Shown: positions 10,581 through 21,667 of the stretch, piece after piece
How positions within the stretch are numbered: position 1 is the first letter of the stretch
Layout: every line of letters starts with the position of its first letter
Assembly (NCBI GenBank): GCA_046047855.1
Contig: JBJOHF010000078.1
Span: forward strand, 1,723-65,722
Direction of reading: 5' to 3'
DNA length: 64,000 nucleotides
Source: Pseudomonadota bacterium
Lineage (GTDB): Bacteria > Pseudomonadota > Gammaproteobacteria > Burkholderiales > Burkholderiaceae_A
Notes under the pieces: model-generated
The model's input: only the letters and a program-made list of their open reading frames with translations
Database searches by the model: none
What the model was told of the DNA's origin: nothing
Program-made: the position numbers and the translations under genes

Positions 10581-11393
10581 ATGCTTAACGCGCCAGCCCC
10601 TCTGCTTTCAGTAGACCGACTCAGCTTTGCCTATGGGCGTCGGCCCATTCTGAAAGACTTGAGTTTTCAGTTGAACCGAGGGGAGGTTCTGGCCGTCATG
10701 GGGGGGTCGGGGGTCGGTAAGACCACGATCTTGCGGCTGCTCGCTGGGCTCATTAAGCCTGCCTCTGGTTCAGTGACGCTGCTAGAACAGGACTTGGCCA
10801 TCGCAGATCAAAGCGCTTTGTACGCCGTGCGAAGACGTATGGGTCTGCTGTTTCAGTTTGGTGCCCTACTCACCGATCTGACCTGTTTTGAGAATGTGGC
10901 CTTCCCCCTGCGTGAGCATGCACGTCTCCCAGAGGCGATGCTCAGAGATTTGGTGCTTCTGAAACTCGAGGCGGTTGGCCTGAGGGGAGCGGCTGACCTT
11001 TTCCCCAGCGAGATCTCCGGGGGCATGGCCAGACGGGTCGCCTTGGCGCGGGCAATCGCTCTGGATCCTGAAGTCATCCTCTATGATGAGCCGTTCGCCG
11101 GGCTAGACCCCATCTCATTGGGGGTGACGGCACGGCTCATTCGCGCGCTAAACGACGCCCTTGGCGCCGGATCGATTGTGGTGACGCATGATGTCGCAGA
11201 GAGCTTTGCTATTGCAGACCATGTTGCAGTGCTAGCACCCTCATCCGAAGGGGCACGGCTTGTGGCCTATGGAACGCCTGAGGCCCTTCGCGCCTCAGAG
11301 GACCCCTTCGTGCGACAGTTCTTAGGTGGGCATGAGAGTGGTCCGGTCGCTTTCCATATGGCAGCCCCCACCCTTGAGGAGGCCTTTCGGTGA
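10581..11393 (+). CDS. mlaF: Mla ABC ATPase
   Basis: GGSGVGKT, LFQFGAL, ISGGMARR, YDEPFAGLDP. Confidence 0.95.
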   Translation: MLNAPAPLLSVDRLSFAYGRRPILKDLSFQLNRGEVLAVMGGSGVGKTTILRLLAGLIKPASGSVTLLEQDLAIADQSALYAVRRRMGLLFQFGALLTDLTCFENVAFPLREHARLPEAMLRDLVLLKLEAVGLRGAADLFPSEISGGMARRVALARAIALDPEVILYDEPFAGLDPISLGVTARLIRALNDALGAGSIVVTHDVAESFAIADHVAVLAPSSEGARLVAYGTPEALRASEDPFVRQFLGGHESGPVAFHMAAPTLEEAFR

Positions 11394-12169
11394 TCCTCGA
11401 TATGCTCTCTCGGCTTGGCTCCGGCACCCTCTCTCTGCTGGCCGCACTGGGTGAGTTCAAGTGGTTGGGCGTTCGACTCATTGCCCGACTCCCTGGCGTG
11501 ATGTTGCGCCCTTCCTTGGTCATCCGTCAGGTCCACTTTCTTGGAAATCACTCACTCGCGATCATCGTTGTCTCGGGTCTTTTTGTCGGTTTGGTGTTGG
11601 GACTGCAGGGGTATTACACCCTGCGCCGGTATGGATCAGAGGAGGCTATCGGGCTCCTTGTGGCGCTCGCACTGGTTCGGGAACTCGGGCCGGTGGTAAC
11701 CGCCCTGCTCTTTGCGGGGAGAGCGGGAACTGCGCTGGCTGCTGAGATTGGCCTTATGAAGTCCGGCGAGCAACTCGCTGCCCTGGAGGCCATGGCTGTC
11801 GATCCACTCAAACGCATCGTAGCCCCTCGGTTTTTTGCCGGCCTGCTGGTCATGCCCCTACTGGCGGCGCTTTTCTCAGCTGTAGGTGTGCTCGGGGGCT
11901 GGCTCGTTGCAGTGGGCCTCATTGGTGTGGATGACGGCGCGTTCTGGTCTCAGATCACCTCCGGGGTAGATTTCTGGGACGACCTGCTCAACGGTGTGTG
12001 GAAGAGCTGTGTGTTTGGGTGGGCAGTCACACACATTGCATTATTTATGGGGCTCGAATGTAAGCCGACGCCCGAGGGGGTTGCGCGGGCGACAACTCAA
12101 ACTGTGGTGGTCGGCTCTCTTGTGGTTCTGGGCCTAGACTTTGTGCTGACCGCCCTCATGTTCGGATAA
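11390..12169 (+). CDS. mlaE: Mla permease
   Basis: RELGPVVTALLFAGRAG, EIGLMK..EQ. Confidence 0.96.
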   Translation: MILDMLSRLGSGTLSLLAALGEFKWLGVRLIARLPGVMLRPSLVIRQVHFLGNHSLAIIVVSGLFVGLVLGLQGYYTLRRYGSEEAIGLLVALALVRELGPVVTALLFAGRAGTALAAEIGLMKSGEQLAALEAMAVDPLKRIVAPRFFAGLLVMPLLAALFSAVGVLGGWLVAVGLIGVDDGAFWSQITSGVDFWDDLLNGVWKSCVFGWAVTHIALFMGLECKPTPEGVARATTQTVVVGSLVVLGLDFVLTALMFG

Positions 12170-12179
12170 GGAAGCAAAC

Positions 12180-12668
12180 ATGCAGAGAAACCTGAACCTT
12201 CTGGTGGGACTCTTTGTCCTGCTGGGCGCAGTTGCGCTCATTTTCTTGTCATTGCGTGTGAGTAATCTCTCTGGGGGCGCAGAGGCCGGCCCGAGTTATG
12301 CCGTCACTGCGGCATTCGACAACATCGGTGGCCTCAAGCCGCGCGCAGCCGTTAAGAGCGCTGGTGTGGTGGTCGGGCGTGTGCGCGAGATCAGGCTTGA
12401 CCCCCAGACATACCAAGCGCTGGTGGTGATGGATTTGACGCAGGGAGTCCCCTTCCCCAAGGACAGCTCTGCCAAAATTCTGACCTCTGGACTGCTTGGC
12501 GAGCAGTATGTGGGACTCACACCCGGTGCTGATGAGAAAATGCTGGGTGCGAACGACAGGATTCAAATGACGCAATCGGCCGTTGTCCTTGAGAACCTCA
12601 TCTCACAGTTCCTCTACAACCGAAGTGACCCTGCACCTGCGGAACCTAGCACTGCAAAAGGCCTCTGA
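12180..12668 (+). CDS. mlaD: Mla MCE-domain protein
   Basis: FDNIGGLK..AAVKSAGVVVG, TSGLLGEQY. Confidence 0.96.
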   Translation: MQRNLNLLVGLFVLLGAVALIFLSLRVSNLSGGAEAGPSYAVTAAFDNIGGLKPRAAVKSAGVVVGRVREIRLDPQTYQALVVMDLTQGVPFPKDSSAKILTSGLLGEQYVGLTPGADEKMLGANDRIQMTQSAVVLENLISQFLYNRSDPAPAEPSTAKGL

Positions 12669-12673
12669 TAAAA

Positions 12674-13417
12674 ATGAATCTCCTCAACACCATAAAAATC
12701 CGAGTCCTGCGTGCCTTGGCACAATGGGTTCTTCTCTCCCTGGGGCTCCTGGTCACGGGCTGCGCCTCGCTGCCCGTTGGGCATCAAGCAGATCCGAGAG
12801 ATCCTCTCGAGGCCCTCAACCGGGGGGTCTTTGAGTTCAATCTGAAGGCGGACGAGCACGTGATCCGGCCCGCAGCAAAGGCCTACCGCACGGTCACCCC
12901 TGAACCGGTTCGTCAGGGCGTCACGAATGTCCTCTCGAACCTTCGGGATACCACCACTACGGTGCATCACCTCCTCCAAGGGGAGGTGGATGCCGCTTCC
13001 GAGTCGGCTGGCAGGGTGTTTCTCAACAGCACCGTGGGCATTCTTGGGGTGATTGATGTGGCCAGCGACTTAGGTCTTCGGCGCTCTCGAGAAGATGCGG
13101 GCCTTACATTGGCGAACTGGGGTATTCCAAGTGGCCCTTTCCTCATGCTTCCTCTCATGGGACCCAGCACCGCTAGAGACCTCTTGGGGGATTTTGCGGA
13201 CGGACAGATGGATCCCATGGATTGGGCCTTGAGCGCTGACCGGGCAACACGAAATGCCACCTTGGGCCTGACGATTCTCGATAAGCGCGTGAGCCTAATG
13301 GAGGCAGAGTCAACCTTTGGCATGATGTCTTTCGACGCCTATCTCTCTGTTCGTGATGCCTACCTCGCACGCAGAGCACAACGCGCGCAGCAACAAGGTG
13401 GGGGGGCGCAACGATGA
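12674..13417 (+). CDS. mlaA: VacJ/MlaA lipoprotein
   Basis: Lipobox LVTGC, DPLEALNR, GPFLMLPLMGPST. Confidence 0.94.
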   Translation: MNLLNTIKIRVLRALAQWVLLSLGLLVTGCASLPVGHQADPRDPLEALNRGVFEFNLKADEHVIRPAAKAYRTVTPEPVRQGVTNVLSNLRDTTTTVHHLLQGEVDAASESAGRVFLNSTVGILGVIDVASDLGLRRSREDAGLTLANWGIPSGPFLMLPLMGPSTARDLLGDFADGQMDPMDWALSADRATRNATLGLTILDKRVSLMEAESTFGMMSFDAYLSVRDAYLARRAQRAQQQGGGAQR

Positions 13418-14082
13418 ACAGATGCTGCACCGCCGCGGGTTCTTCGCCCGTGCGTCGCGCGCTATTGGCCCGTCTGGCCGCGTTGCTTCTTGTCCCCGCG
13501 GGGGCGAGCGCGCAAGTCCTTGTCGCAAGTCCAGATGGTCTCATTCGGAGCATGAGCGAAGACCTCCTGCGGCTCATTAAGGCAGACCGACGCTTGGTTG
13601 AAGGCGATCTTGATCGACTCAATGCCGTGGTCGATGAGCGGGTCATGCCATCGGTCGACTTTTCTCGCATGACTGCCCTTACAGTGGGGATCCACTGGCG
13701 GCGCGCCACGCCTGAGCAGCAGCAAAAGCTGATGACTGCTTTTCGTGAGCTTTTGCTGCTCACCTATGCAGATGCGCTCCGGAACGTCCAGAACGCGAGT
13801 GTCGATGTGAAGCCGGGCCGTTACCCTGCGGAGGCCGAGGACGTCATTGTCAGAACCCAGGTGATTCGTGCAGGAAAGGAGCCCATTCAGCTCGACTACC
13901 GGCTTAGTAAGACGGTTCAAGGATGGAAGATCTACGACTTCAATGTTCTGGGCCTCTGGATGGTCGACCACTATCGCAACCAGTTCGGCCAGCTGGTTAC
14001 AGCCCGCGGCTTGGACGGCCTTATCGCAGCGCTCGAGCAAAAGAACAAGGCCCTGCGGTCTGCCATGACTGCAAAGCGGTGA
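13414..14082 (+). CDS. mlaC: Periplasmic phospholipid shuttle
   Basis: DFSRMT, WKIYDFNVLG...YRNQF. Confidence 0.93.
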   Translation: MNRCCTAAGSSPVRRALLARLAALLLVPAGASAQVLVASPDGLIRSMSEDLLRLIKADRRLVEGDLDRLNAVVDERVMPSVDFSRMTALTVGIHWRRATPEQQQKLMTAFRELLLLTYADALRNVQNASVDVKPGRYPAEAEDVIVRTQVIRAGKEPIQLDYRLSKTVQGWKIYDFNVLGLWMVDHYRNQFGQLVTARGLDGLIAALEQKNKALRSAMTAKR

Positions 14083-14378
14083 CGGTGCAAAACGAACGTC
14101 AGTTGGAGCTGCACTGGGAGCGTGCGCTTACATTAGGGGAGTGCGTGGATGCGCTGCACACATTTCAGCCCCTCGTTGCGAAGGCCCTCGCTCCCGGTGT
14201 AACGCTTCAGTGCAGCCTCGCGAGCTGGCGGCAGGTCGACACCAGCGCGTTGACCGTTTTGCTTGCACTTCGGAGGCAGGCGCTCGAGGCGCGTGCGACC
14301 ATCCGTTTTCTCCATAGCCCCCCAACACTGAAGTCGCTGGCTCATATGAGTCAGGTGGACGCGTTGCTCAACCTCTAA
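14079..14378 (+). CDS. mlaB: STAS-domain protein MlaB
   Basis: VDTSALTVLL STAS motif; GTG start overlapping mlaC stop. Confidence 0.8.
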   Translation: MTVQNERQLELHWERALTLGECVDALHTFQPLVAKALAPGVTLQCSLASWRQVDTSALTVLLALRRQALEARATIRFLHSPPTLKSLAHMSQVDALLNL

Positions 14379-15115
14379 TGGTCCCTGCACTCTCTTTTCG
14401 CGCGGTCACTAAGCGCTATGGCGGTCGAGCCGGTCGGTCGGTCGATGCACTTCAAGCCGTCACCTTCGATGTGGAGCAGGGAGATTTCTTCGCGCTTCTG
14501 GGGCCAAATGGCGCAGGCAAGACCACCCTCATTCAATGCATGGCCGGTCTTGTGCTGCCCACATCAGGCGCGATTGAGGTCATGGGCCATGATGTTTCAC
14601 GCGAGCCATACCTGACGCGGCGACTTTTGGGCGTGGTGCCGCAAGAGCTGGTGTTCGATCCATTCTTTACGGTCAGAGAGACACTGCGGATGCAGTCCGG
14701 ATTTTTTGGATTGGGTCGAAACGATGACTGGATTGACGAGTGCCTGAGTGCTTTGGGTCTTTTGGACAAGGCCGATGCCAATATGCGAGCGCTCTCTGGG
14801 GGCATGAAGCGACGCGTTTTGGTTGCACAGGCGATCGTGCATAAACCGGCAGTGATGGTGCTCGACGAGCCTACCGCTGGCGTTGATATTGAACTCAGAG
14901 AGAGTCTCTGGGCATTCATGACGCAATTGAATCAAGCGGGTCACACCATCGTTCTGACCACCCACTATCTGGAAGAGGCAGAGACCCTCTGTCGCCATGT
15001 GGCATTTCTGAAGGCGGGCCGGCTGGTCGCCCACAGTGACACCGAGACGCTGCTGGCAGGCAGTCGCATGGACGACACATTCAAGCGAATCCTCGCAGAG
15101 TCAGCCGTAGAATAG
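14378..15115 (+). CDS. ABC-2 type ATP-binding protein (YadG-like)
   Basis: [36 protein letters not shown]. Confidence 0.9.
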   Translation: MVPALSFRAVTKRYGGRAGRSVDALQAVTFDVEQGDFFALLGPNGAGKTTLIQCMAGLVLPTSGAIEVMGHDVSREPYLTRRLLGVVPQELVFDPFFTVRETLRMQSGFFGLGRNDDWIDECLSALGLLDKADANMRALSGGMKRRVLVAQAIVHKPAVMVLDEPTAGVDIELRESLWAFMTQLNQAGHTIVLTTHYLEEAETLCRHVAFLKAGRLVAHSDTETLLAGSRMDDTFKRILAESAVE

Positions 15116-15119
15116 CGGC

Positions 15120-15359
15120 ATGACACCCGAATTTATCCAAGACCTTATTGCGGCAGGGCTCGATTGCGAGCAGCTCAGTGTGTCCGGGGACGGCCACCAC
15201 TTTGAGGCCCTGATTGTCTGCGCTGCCTTTGAGGGCAAGCGCCTGATCGCCCGGCATCAGATGGTCTATGCCGTGCTTGGCGACCGCATGAAGCAAGAGA
15301 TTCATGCCCTCTCGATGAAGACGCTTACGCCCCAAGAGTGGGCGGCACGCGGTACCTGA
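15120..15359 (+). CDS. BolA/IbaG family protein
   Basis: [20 protein letters not shown]; upstream of murA. Confidence 0.92.
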   Translation: MTPEFIQDLIAAGLDCEQLSVSGDGHHFEALIVCAAFEGKRLIARHQMVYAVLGDRMKQEIHALSMKTLTPQEWAARGT

Positions 15360-15361
15360 CG

Positions 15362-16627
15362 ATGGATAGGTTCCAGATCGAAGGTGGCGTTCGCCTCAAC
15401 GGAGAGGTACGCGTCTCCGGCGCCAAGAACGCCGCACTTCCCATGATGGCAGCCTGTCTTTTAACGAATGAGCCGCTGGTGCTCAACAACGTGCCCCCAC
15501 TAAAAGATGTCAGCACCCTCATCAAGCTCCTTCGTGGAATGGGGGTTGAGGTCGATCATCAGGCGGATCAAGAGCGTTTGGTTTTAAGTGCGCAACACCT
15601 GGACCGCCCGGAAGCCCCTTACGAGCTCGTAAAGACGATGCGTGCCTCGATCTTGGTGCTGGGGCCTCTGCTTGCTCGCGTAGGACGCGCCCGCGTGAGC
15701 CTTCCTGGCGGCTGTGCAATTGGCCAGCGCCCTGTCGATCAACATATCAAGGGCCTTCAGGCCATGGGTGCGACGATTGAAATCGCCCACGGATACATTG
15801 AGGCCGGCGTTGAGCGGCTGTCGGGAGCGCGTCTCGCAACGGACATGGTGACGGTTACGGGCACAGAGAACCTCATGATGGCCGCATGCTTGGCTAAAGG
15901 CACGACGGTCATCGAGAATGCGGCGCGCGAACCCGAGGTTGTGAACCTCGCGCAATGCCTTATTGCTATGGGCGCACAGATCTCCGGCGCTGGAACAGAC
16001 CGCATCGTGATCGAGGGCGTCGAGCGGATGAGGGGCGCTGAAATCGCAGTCATGCCAGATCGTATTGAGGCGGGCACCTTTCTGTGTGCGGTTGCGGCGA
16101 CCCAAGGCAGGGTCCTTTTGCGTGGCGCCAATGCCGATCACATGACTGCGACCTTGGAGAAGCTACGTCAGGCTGGGCTGCAATGGGAGATGCGCGACGA
16201 CGGAATAGAGGCGTGGTCAGAGCATCGACCACGTGCATTTGACTTGCGCACCGCCCCTTATCCTGGACTTGCAACGGATATGCAGGCCCAATGCATGGCC
16301 GTCAATCTTGTTGCACAGGGGACGAGCCGTGTCATTGAAACGATTTTTGAGAATCGTTTTATGCACGTCCAAGAGATGCAGAGGCTTGGGGCCCAGATCA
16401 GTATCGAGGGCCACACGGCCATCATTCAGGGCGTCGCACATCTCACGGGCGCATGCGTTATGGCAACCGATCTTCGTGCCTCTGCTGGGCTCGTCATCGC
16501 CGGATTGGTTGCCGAGGGTGTGACTGACATCGATCGCATCTATCACCTCGATCGCGGCTATGACCGCATGGAGGAAAAGCTGATTGGGCTGGGAGCGCGT
16601 GTGCGTCGCGTCGGAGGTGCCGCATGA
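15362..16627 (+). CDS. murA: UDP-N-acetylglucosamine 1-carboxyvinyltransferase
   Basis: [32 protein letters not shown]. Confidence 0.98.
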   Translation: MDRFQIEGGVRLNGEVRVSGAKNAALPMMAACLLTNEPLVLNNVPPLKDVSTLIKLLRGMGVEVDHQADQERLVLSAQHLDRPEAPYELVKTMRASILVLGPLLARVGRARVSLPGGCAIGQRPVDQHIKGLQAMGATIEIAHGYIEAGVERLSGARLATDMVTVTGTENLMMAACLAKGTTVIENAAREPEVVNLAQCLIAMGAQISGAGTDRIVIEGVERMRGAEIAVMPDRIEAGTFLCAVAATQGRVLLRGANADHMTATLEKLRQAGLQWEMRDDGIEAWSEHRPRAFDLRTAPYPGLATDMQAQCMAVNLVAQGTSRVIETIFENRFMHVQEMQRLGAQISIEGHTAIIQGVAHLTGACVMATDLRASAGLVIAGLVAEGVTDIDRIYHLDRGYDRMEEKLIGLGARVRRVGGAA

Positions 16628-17259
16628 TCACGCTTGCACTCTCAAAGGGCCGCATTTTTAACGAAACGCTCCCCTTGCTGAAGGCAGTTGGCATTGAGCC
16701 GCTGGAGCATCCTGAGGAGTCCCGAAAGCTTGTGCTTCCAACCACGCTTGACCACGTTCGCCTCTTGATCGTGCGAGCCAGTGATGTGCCCACCTATGTT
16801 CAATATGGCGCTGCAGACCTCGGCGTGGCAGGCTCTGATGTCCTGGTTGAGCATGGCGGTGAGGGCCTCTACCAGCCCGTCGATCTCAAGATTGGTCGTT
16901 GTCGCATGTGCCTGGCGGCACCGACGGGTTTCGACTTACAGGCCCAGCTGCGGCGCGGCAGCCGCTTGAGCGTAGCCACAAAATATGTGGAGACCACGCG
17001 CCGATATTTTGCGCAGCGTGGCATGCACGCAGACCTCATCAAGCTCTATGGATCCATGGAGCTTGCGCCACTGGTGCGCCTTGCAGATGTCATCGTAGAT
17101 CTGGTGTCTACTGGCGCCACCCTCAAGGCGAACGGGCTCGAAGCGTTTGAGACGATCGCCGAGGTGTCCTCCAGATTGGTGGTGAACCAGGCTGCCTTGA
17201 AGCTTCGATTCGAAGAGCTTGATCCCCTGGTTCGCGCCTTCTCAAAGGCCGCCGCATGA
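16624..17259 (+). CDS. hisG: ATP phosphoribosyltransferase, short form
   Basis: [29 protein letters not shown]; 211 aa. Confidence 0.96.
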   Translation: MITLALSKGRIFNETLPLLKAVGIEPLEHPEESRKLVLPTTLDHVRLLIVRASDVPTYVQYGAADLGVAGSDVLVEHGGEGLYQPVDLKIGRCRMCLAAPTGFDLQAQLRRGSRLSVATKYVETTRRYFAQRGMHADLIKLYGSMELAPLVRLADVIVDLVSTGATLKANGLEAFETIAEVSSRLVVNQAALKLRFEELDPLVRAFSKAAA

Positions 17260-18581
17260 CCACGCCCGCCCCTTGTCCAGTGTTGCGTCTCGATAGCCGT
17301 GACCAGGGCTTCACGGCTGCGCTTTTCGAGCGGCTCGCCTATGAGCAGGGCCAGGATGAAGCCATTAGCAAGACCGTCAAGCAGATTCTGGCCGACGTGC
17401 GGCAGCGAGGTGATGCGGCTGTCCTTGAATACACCGCGCGTTTTGACCGAATGCCGGTGCAGGCCATTGAAGCCCTCGAGCTCTCCTCGGCAGAACTCAG
17501 GGCAGCTTACGAGCGCATCACCCAGGACCAGCGCGCGGCACTCGCGGCGGCTGCAGATCGCATTCGTACCTTCCATGAGGCGCAGCGCCAATCATCTTGG
17601 TCCATCGTCGACGCACATGGGTCTCGCCTCGGGCAACGTGTCAGTCCCTTGGATCGCGCTGGACTCTATGTGCCCGGGGGGAAGGCTGCCTATCCGTCCT
17701 CGGTACTTATGAATGCCATACCTGCAAAGGTTGCAGGTGTTCCCGAATTGGTGATGGTGGTGCCGACGCCTGGTGGGGAGCGCAATGACCTGGTCTTGGC
17801 CGCTGCCCACCTGGCCGGGGTCGATCGCGCCTTTACCGTTGGTGGGGCTCAGGCCGTTGCCGCACTGGCGTTTGGTACCCAGTCCATACCGGCTGTCGAC
17901 AAGATCGTTGGCCCCGGAAATGCATATGTTGCAGAGGCCAAGCGACAGGTTTTTGGTCGAGTCGGCATTGACATGATTGCTGGCCCATCGGAAATTCTGG
18001 TGATCTGCGACGGGCACACACCCGCTGACTGGGTGGCAATGGACCTGTTCTCACAGGCCGAGCATGACGAGCTTGCTCAAAGCATCTTGCTCTGCCCCGA
18101 CGGCGCTTACCTTGATGCGGTGCAGGCGGCTATCGATCGACTCCTACCAAGCATGCCCCGGGCCGACATCATTCGCACTTCGCTTTCGAATCGGGGGCTC
18201 ATGGTGCATGTCCAGAGTCTCGAGGAGGCCTGCGCAATCGCGAGTGATATTGCCCCTGAGCACCTTGAGATTTCAACCGATCAGCCCGCGTATTGGGCCG
18301 AAAAAATCCGCCATGCGGGCGCGATGTTTCTAGGGCGCTTTACATCTGAGTCGCTGGGTGATTACTGTGCGGGCCCCAACCACGTGCTTCCAACCATGCG
18401 AACCGCGCGTTTTTCGTCTCCTTTGGGCGTATACGATTTTCAAAAGCGCACCAGCATGGTTGAAGTCAGTGAAGCGGGTGCTCAGGTGCTTGGCCCCATC
18501 GCGGCAACGCTGGCCTGGGGGGAGTCGTTGGCTGCGCATGCCCGCGCAGCGGAACTGCGCGTAAAGCCTAAGGCGTCCTGA
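17256..18581 (+). CDS. hisD: Histidinol dehydrogenase
   Basis: [36 protein letters not shown]. Confidence 0.97.
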   Translation: MTTPAPCPVLRLDSRDQGFTAALFERLAYEQGQDEAISKTVKQILADVRQRGDAAVLEYTARFDRMPVQAIEALELSSAELRAAYERITQDQRAALAAAADRIRTFHEAQRQSSWSIVDAHGSRLGQRVSPLDRAGLYVPGGKAAYPSSVLMNAIPAKVAGVPELVMVVPTPGGERNDLVLAAAHLAGVDRAFTVGGAQAVAALAFGTQSIPAVDKIVGPGNAYVAEAKRQVFGRVGIDMIAGPSEILVICDGHTPADWVAMDLFSQAEHDELAQSILLCPDGAYLDAVQAAIDRLLPSMPRADIIRTSLSNRGLMVHVQSLEEACAIASDIAPEHLEISTDQPAYWAEKIRHAGAMFLGRFTSESLGDYCAGPNHVLPTMRTARFSSPLGVYDFQKRTSMVEVSEAGAQVLGPIAATLAWGESLAAHARAAELRVKPKAS

Positions 18582-18583
18582 AC

Positions 18584-19639
18584 CTACTCTAGGGCGCTTA
18601 TGAGCGCTTGGCATTCGGAATCCGTTCCAACGGTGATCCGAAGCCAATCCTCAATCCGAGGCTTTTGAAAGTGCCGCACCAGAATCTTCTGGCGGCGCAG
18701 GCTTTGGGCCACCTCTAAAGCCTGACGGGAGGGATGGCGCGCAAAGACAAAATTCGCAGCCGAGGGCAGCACCTGAAAACCCAGACTCTGGAGTGCCCCT
18801 GTAAGCCAATTTCTGCTGGTCATGATGGCAGCGCGGTTTCTGGTGAGCCACTCCTCATCCTCAAGAGCAGCCAGAGCCGCGGCCTGAGCGAGTCGATCAA
18901 GGGGGTAAGAGTTAAAGCTGTCTTTGATCCGAATGAGGGCCTCAAGCAGCTGCGGCTGGCCGAATGCCAGACCAACGCGCATCCCCGCGAGGGCTCTGGA
19001 CTTGGAGAGCGACTGGGTGACCAGCAGGTTGGGATACTGAGCGACCAACGGCGCGCAGCTCTGCCCACCGAAATCAATATATGCCTCATCAACGACAACA
19101 AGGGTGTGGGGTCGTGCAACCAAAAAAGCCTCAATAATGGATCTCTCAATCGCCCTGCCGGTTGGTGCATTCGGATTGGGAAAAATCACTGCCGTTCGCT
19201 CTTTGGGAACGGCGTCGAGGTCAATCTCGAAGGCATCTGTCAGGGCGATTGGGTCGGAGGTAATGCCAAAGAGCTTGCAATAGCTCGGATAGAAGCTATA
19301 GCTGATGTCGGGAAAGACCAGTGGCTGGGTATGTTGGAGCAGCCCCTGAAAGACGAATGCAAGAATCTCGTCGGAGCCATTTCCTGCAAAGACGTGCTCC
19401 GGGCTGAGGTTCAATCGCTTGGCAGCGGCCGCGCGCAATGCGAAGCTCTCTGGGTCGGGGTAGAGCCTTAAGGCAGCCCCATCGGTGCCAAGCGCCTCCC
19501 GAATGGCTTGCACGACTCTCTCAGACGGGGGGTAGGGGTTCTCGTTGGTGTTGAGCTTGATCAGCCCCTCGATCTTCGGCTGCTCGCCGGGCACGTAGGG
19601 GGAGAGACGCTCAACGATCGGGCTCCAGAACGCATTCAT
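18584..19639 (-). CDS. hisC: Histidinol-phosphate aminotransferase (inverted relative to his operon)
   Basis: [43 protein letters not shown] lysine. Confidence 0.95.
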   Translation of the reverse strand: MNAFWSPIVERLSPYVPGEQPKIEGLIKLNTNENPYPPSERVVQAIREALGTDGAALRLYPDPESFALRAAAAKRLNLSPEHVFAGNGSDEILAFVFQGLLQHTQPLVFPDISYSFYPSYCKLFGITSDPIALTDAFEIDLDAVPKERTAVIFPNPNAPTGRAIERSIIEAFLVARPHTLVVVDEAYIDFGGQSCAPLVAQYPNLLVTQSLSKSRALAGMRVGLAFGQPQLLEALIRIKDSFNSYPLDRLAQAAALAALEDEEWLTRNRAAIMTSRNWLTGALQSLGFQVLPSAANFVFARHPSRQALEVAQSLRRQKILVRHFQKPRIEDWLRITVGTDSECQALISALE

Positions 19640-19662
19640 CGCGCGACTGTATCATTGGAGGC
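19640..19662. promoter_or_regulatory. Back-to-back -10 elements for hisC (TACAGT, minus 19651-19646) and hisB (TATCAT, plus 19650-19655)
   Basis: Two overlapping TAnnnT hexamers, 6 and 7 nt from the respective ATGs. Confidence 0.55.
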
Positions 19663-20253
19663 ATGAGACAAGCACAGGTATCGCGTCACACGGCCGAGAC
19701 GCAGATTGAGGTATCCATAGGTTTGGATGGAACAGGCGCGAAGGACCTCGCGACAGGGCTACCCTTTCTCGACCATATGCTCGATCAGATCGCTCGGCAT
19801 GGTTTGATTGACCTGACGGTGCATGCCAAGGGCGATTTGCATATTGATGCCCACCACACGGTTGAGGACATTGGCATCACGCTCGGTCAGGCCTTTGCGA
19901 AAGCGATTGCCGACAAGCGCGCTGTCAGACGGTATGGTCATGCCTATGTTCCACTCGATGAGGCGCTCTCGCGCGTCGTCGTGGACCTCTCTGGAAGACC
20001 CGGCCTATTCTTTCGTTGCGAATGGTCCCGCTCCATGGTCGGGCAGTTCGATCTTGACCTTGTCCACGAGTTTTTCCAGGGGTTTGTGAACCATGCACAG
20101 GTCACGGTCCATATCGATAACCTGCATGGCGACAATGCACACCACCAGTGCGAGACGATTTTCAAGGCATTCGGGCGTGCGTTGCGTATGGCTTGCGAGC
20201 GCGACCCTCGCCTCGACCCTGAGGCGATCCCATCGACCAAAGGCTGTCTCTAA
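19663..20253 (+). CDS. hisB: Imidazoleglycerol-phosphate dehydratase
   Basis: [20 protein letters not shown]. Confidence 0.97.
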   Translation: MRQAQVSRHTAETQIEVSIGLDGTGAKDLATGLPFLDHMLDQIARHGLIDLTVHAKGDLHIDAHHTVEDIGITLGQAFAKAIADKRAVRRYGHAYVPLDEALSRVVVDLSGRPGLFFRCEWSRSMVGQFDLDLVHEFFQGFVNHAQVTVHIDNLHGDNAHHQCETIFKAFGRALRMACERDPRLDPEAIPSTKGCL

Positions 20254-20274
20254 GCCATTTATTCAGGGCGCCCG

Positions 20275-20910
20275 ATGACCATTGCAGTGGTGGATTACGG
20301 CACGGGCAATCTCAGGAGCGTCATTCGTGCAACCCAGGCCGCTGCGCAGCGGCTCGGCATAGATCCCGATCGCATTGTCCGAGCGACTGAGCCTGAACAA
20401 GTGAGGTCCGCTCACCGCGTGATTTTTCCAGGCCAAGGTGCAATGCCAGACTGCATGGCAGGGCTTCTTCGGTCAGGACTGCGAGAGGCGCTTGAGGAGT
20501 CGCTGAGATCGAAACCCTTTCTTGGTGTCTGTGTGGGGGAGCAGATGCTTCTTGAGTCCAGCGAAGAGGGCGACACGCCCGGTTTGGGGCTTTTCTCGGG
20601 CCGGGTGGTTCGATTCCCGAATGACGCTGGCCTCAAGGTGCCTCACATGGGCTGGAACCGGGTGAATTGGACCCGGTCTCACCCCGTGATGAAGGGCCTT
20701 GACGCACCATCGGACCGCTGGTTCTACTTTGTCCACAGCTACTACCCTCGGCTCCAAAACCCCCATGAGTCGCTGGCAGAGTCCGACTACGGCCTCACCT
20801 TTACCTGTGCGCTGGCCCGGGATAACATCGTTGCAACGCAGTTTCACCCAGAGAAGAGCGCAGCCTCGGGCCTCGCGCTCATCGAAAATTTCCTTTCCTG
20901 GACACCTTAA
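20275..20910 (+). CDS. hisH: IGP synthase glutaminase subunit
   Basis: DYGTGNL, GVCVG, PHMGWN, QFHPEKS. Confidence 0.96.
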   Translation: MTIAVVDYGTGNLRSVIRATQAAAQRLGIDPDRIVRATEPEQVRSAHRVIFPGQGAMPDCMAGLLRSGLREALEESLRSKPFLGVCVGEQMLLESSEEGDTPGLGLFSGRVVRFPNDAGLKVPHMGWNRVNWTRSHPVMKGLDAPSDRWFYFVHSYYPRLQNPHESLAESDYGLTFTCALARDNIVATQFHPEKSAASGLALIENFLSWTP

Positions 20911-20917
20911 TTTCCGC

Positions 20918-21664
20918 ATGTCACTCCTGCTCATTCCTGCAATTGACCTCAAAGATGGAGATTGCGTTCGCCTTCGACAAGGCGATCTCGCGGACGCGAC
21001 CGTTTTCTCCAAGGATCCCGGCGAGATGGCTGCGCAGTGGGTAAAGCAAGGTGCCCAGCGCATTCATGTCGTCGACCTCAACGGGGCTGTGGCCGGTCGG
21101 CCGAAGAATGAGTCCGCCATTCGCGCCATTGTCAAAGCGGTCGGTAATGCCGTTCCAGTGCAGGTGGGCGGTGGCATTCGCGACTTGGACACCATTGAGA
21201 GACTCCTTGACGATGGGGCGAATTTCGTCGTGATTGGAACGGCTGCAGTCAAGAACCCCGGCCTTCTCAAAGACGCATGCGCGGCATTTCCTGGCCAAGT
21301 TATCGTCTCGATTGACGCGAAGGACGGCAAAGTTGCAACAGATGGCTGGAGCAAACTCTCAGGCCACGAGGTGATCGATCTGGCCAAAAAGTTTGAGGAC
21401 GATGGCGTTGATGCAGTGCTCTACACCGACATTGGCCGTGATGGCATGTTGTCCGGCGTGAATGTGGAAGCCACACTGCGTCTTGCGCAGGCTGTTTCGA
21501 TGCCTGTGATTGCCTCGGGCGGAATCGCTGGGTTACAAGACATTCGAGCGTTGGCGCCCTTGGTGTCTGAAGGCATCATGGGAGCCATTCTTGGCAGAGC
21601 GCTCTACGAGGGACAGCTTGACTTGAGCCAGGCCCAGGCACTTGTCGACGAGCTCTCTACGTAA
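20918..21664 (+). CDS. hisA: ProFAR isomerase
   Basis: [34 protein letters not shown]. Confidence 0.96.
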   Translation: MSLLLIPAIDLKDGDCVRLRQGDLADATVFSKDPGEMAAQWVKQGAQRIHVVDLNGAVAGRPKNESAIRAIVKAVGNAVPVQVGGGIRDLDTIERLLDDGANFVVIGTAAVKNPGLLKDACAAFPGQVIVSIDAKDGKVATDGWSKLSGHEVIDLAKKFEDDGVDAVLYTDIGRDGMLSGVNVEATLRLAQAVSMPVIASGGIAGLQDIRALAPLVSEGIMGAILGRALYEGQLDLSQAQALVDELST

Positions 21665-21667
21665 GCC

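Noticed and set aside
16624-17259. Truncated hisG pseudogene
   Set aside because: Short-form HisG that works with HisZ is normal
18560-19670. hisC as a recombinase-driven phase-variable inverton
   Set aside because: No terminal inverted repeats at the junctions and no invertase in the window
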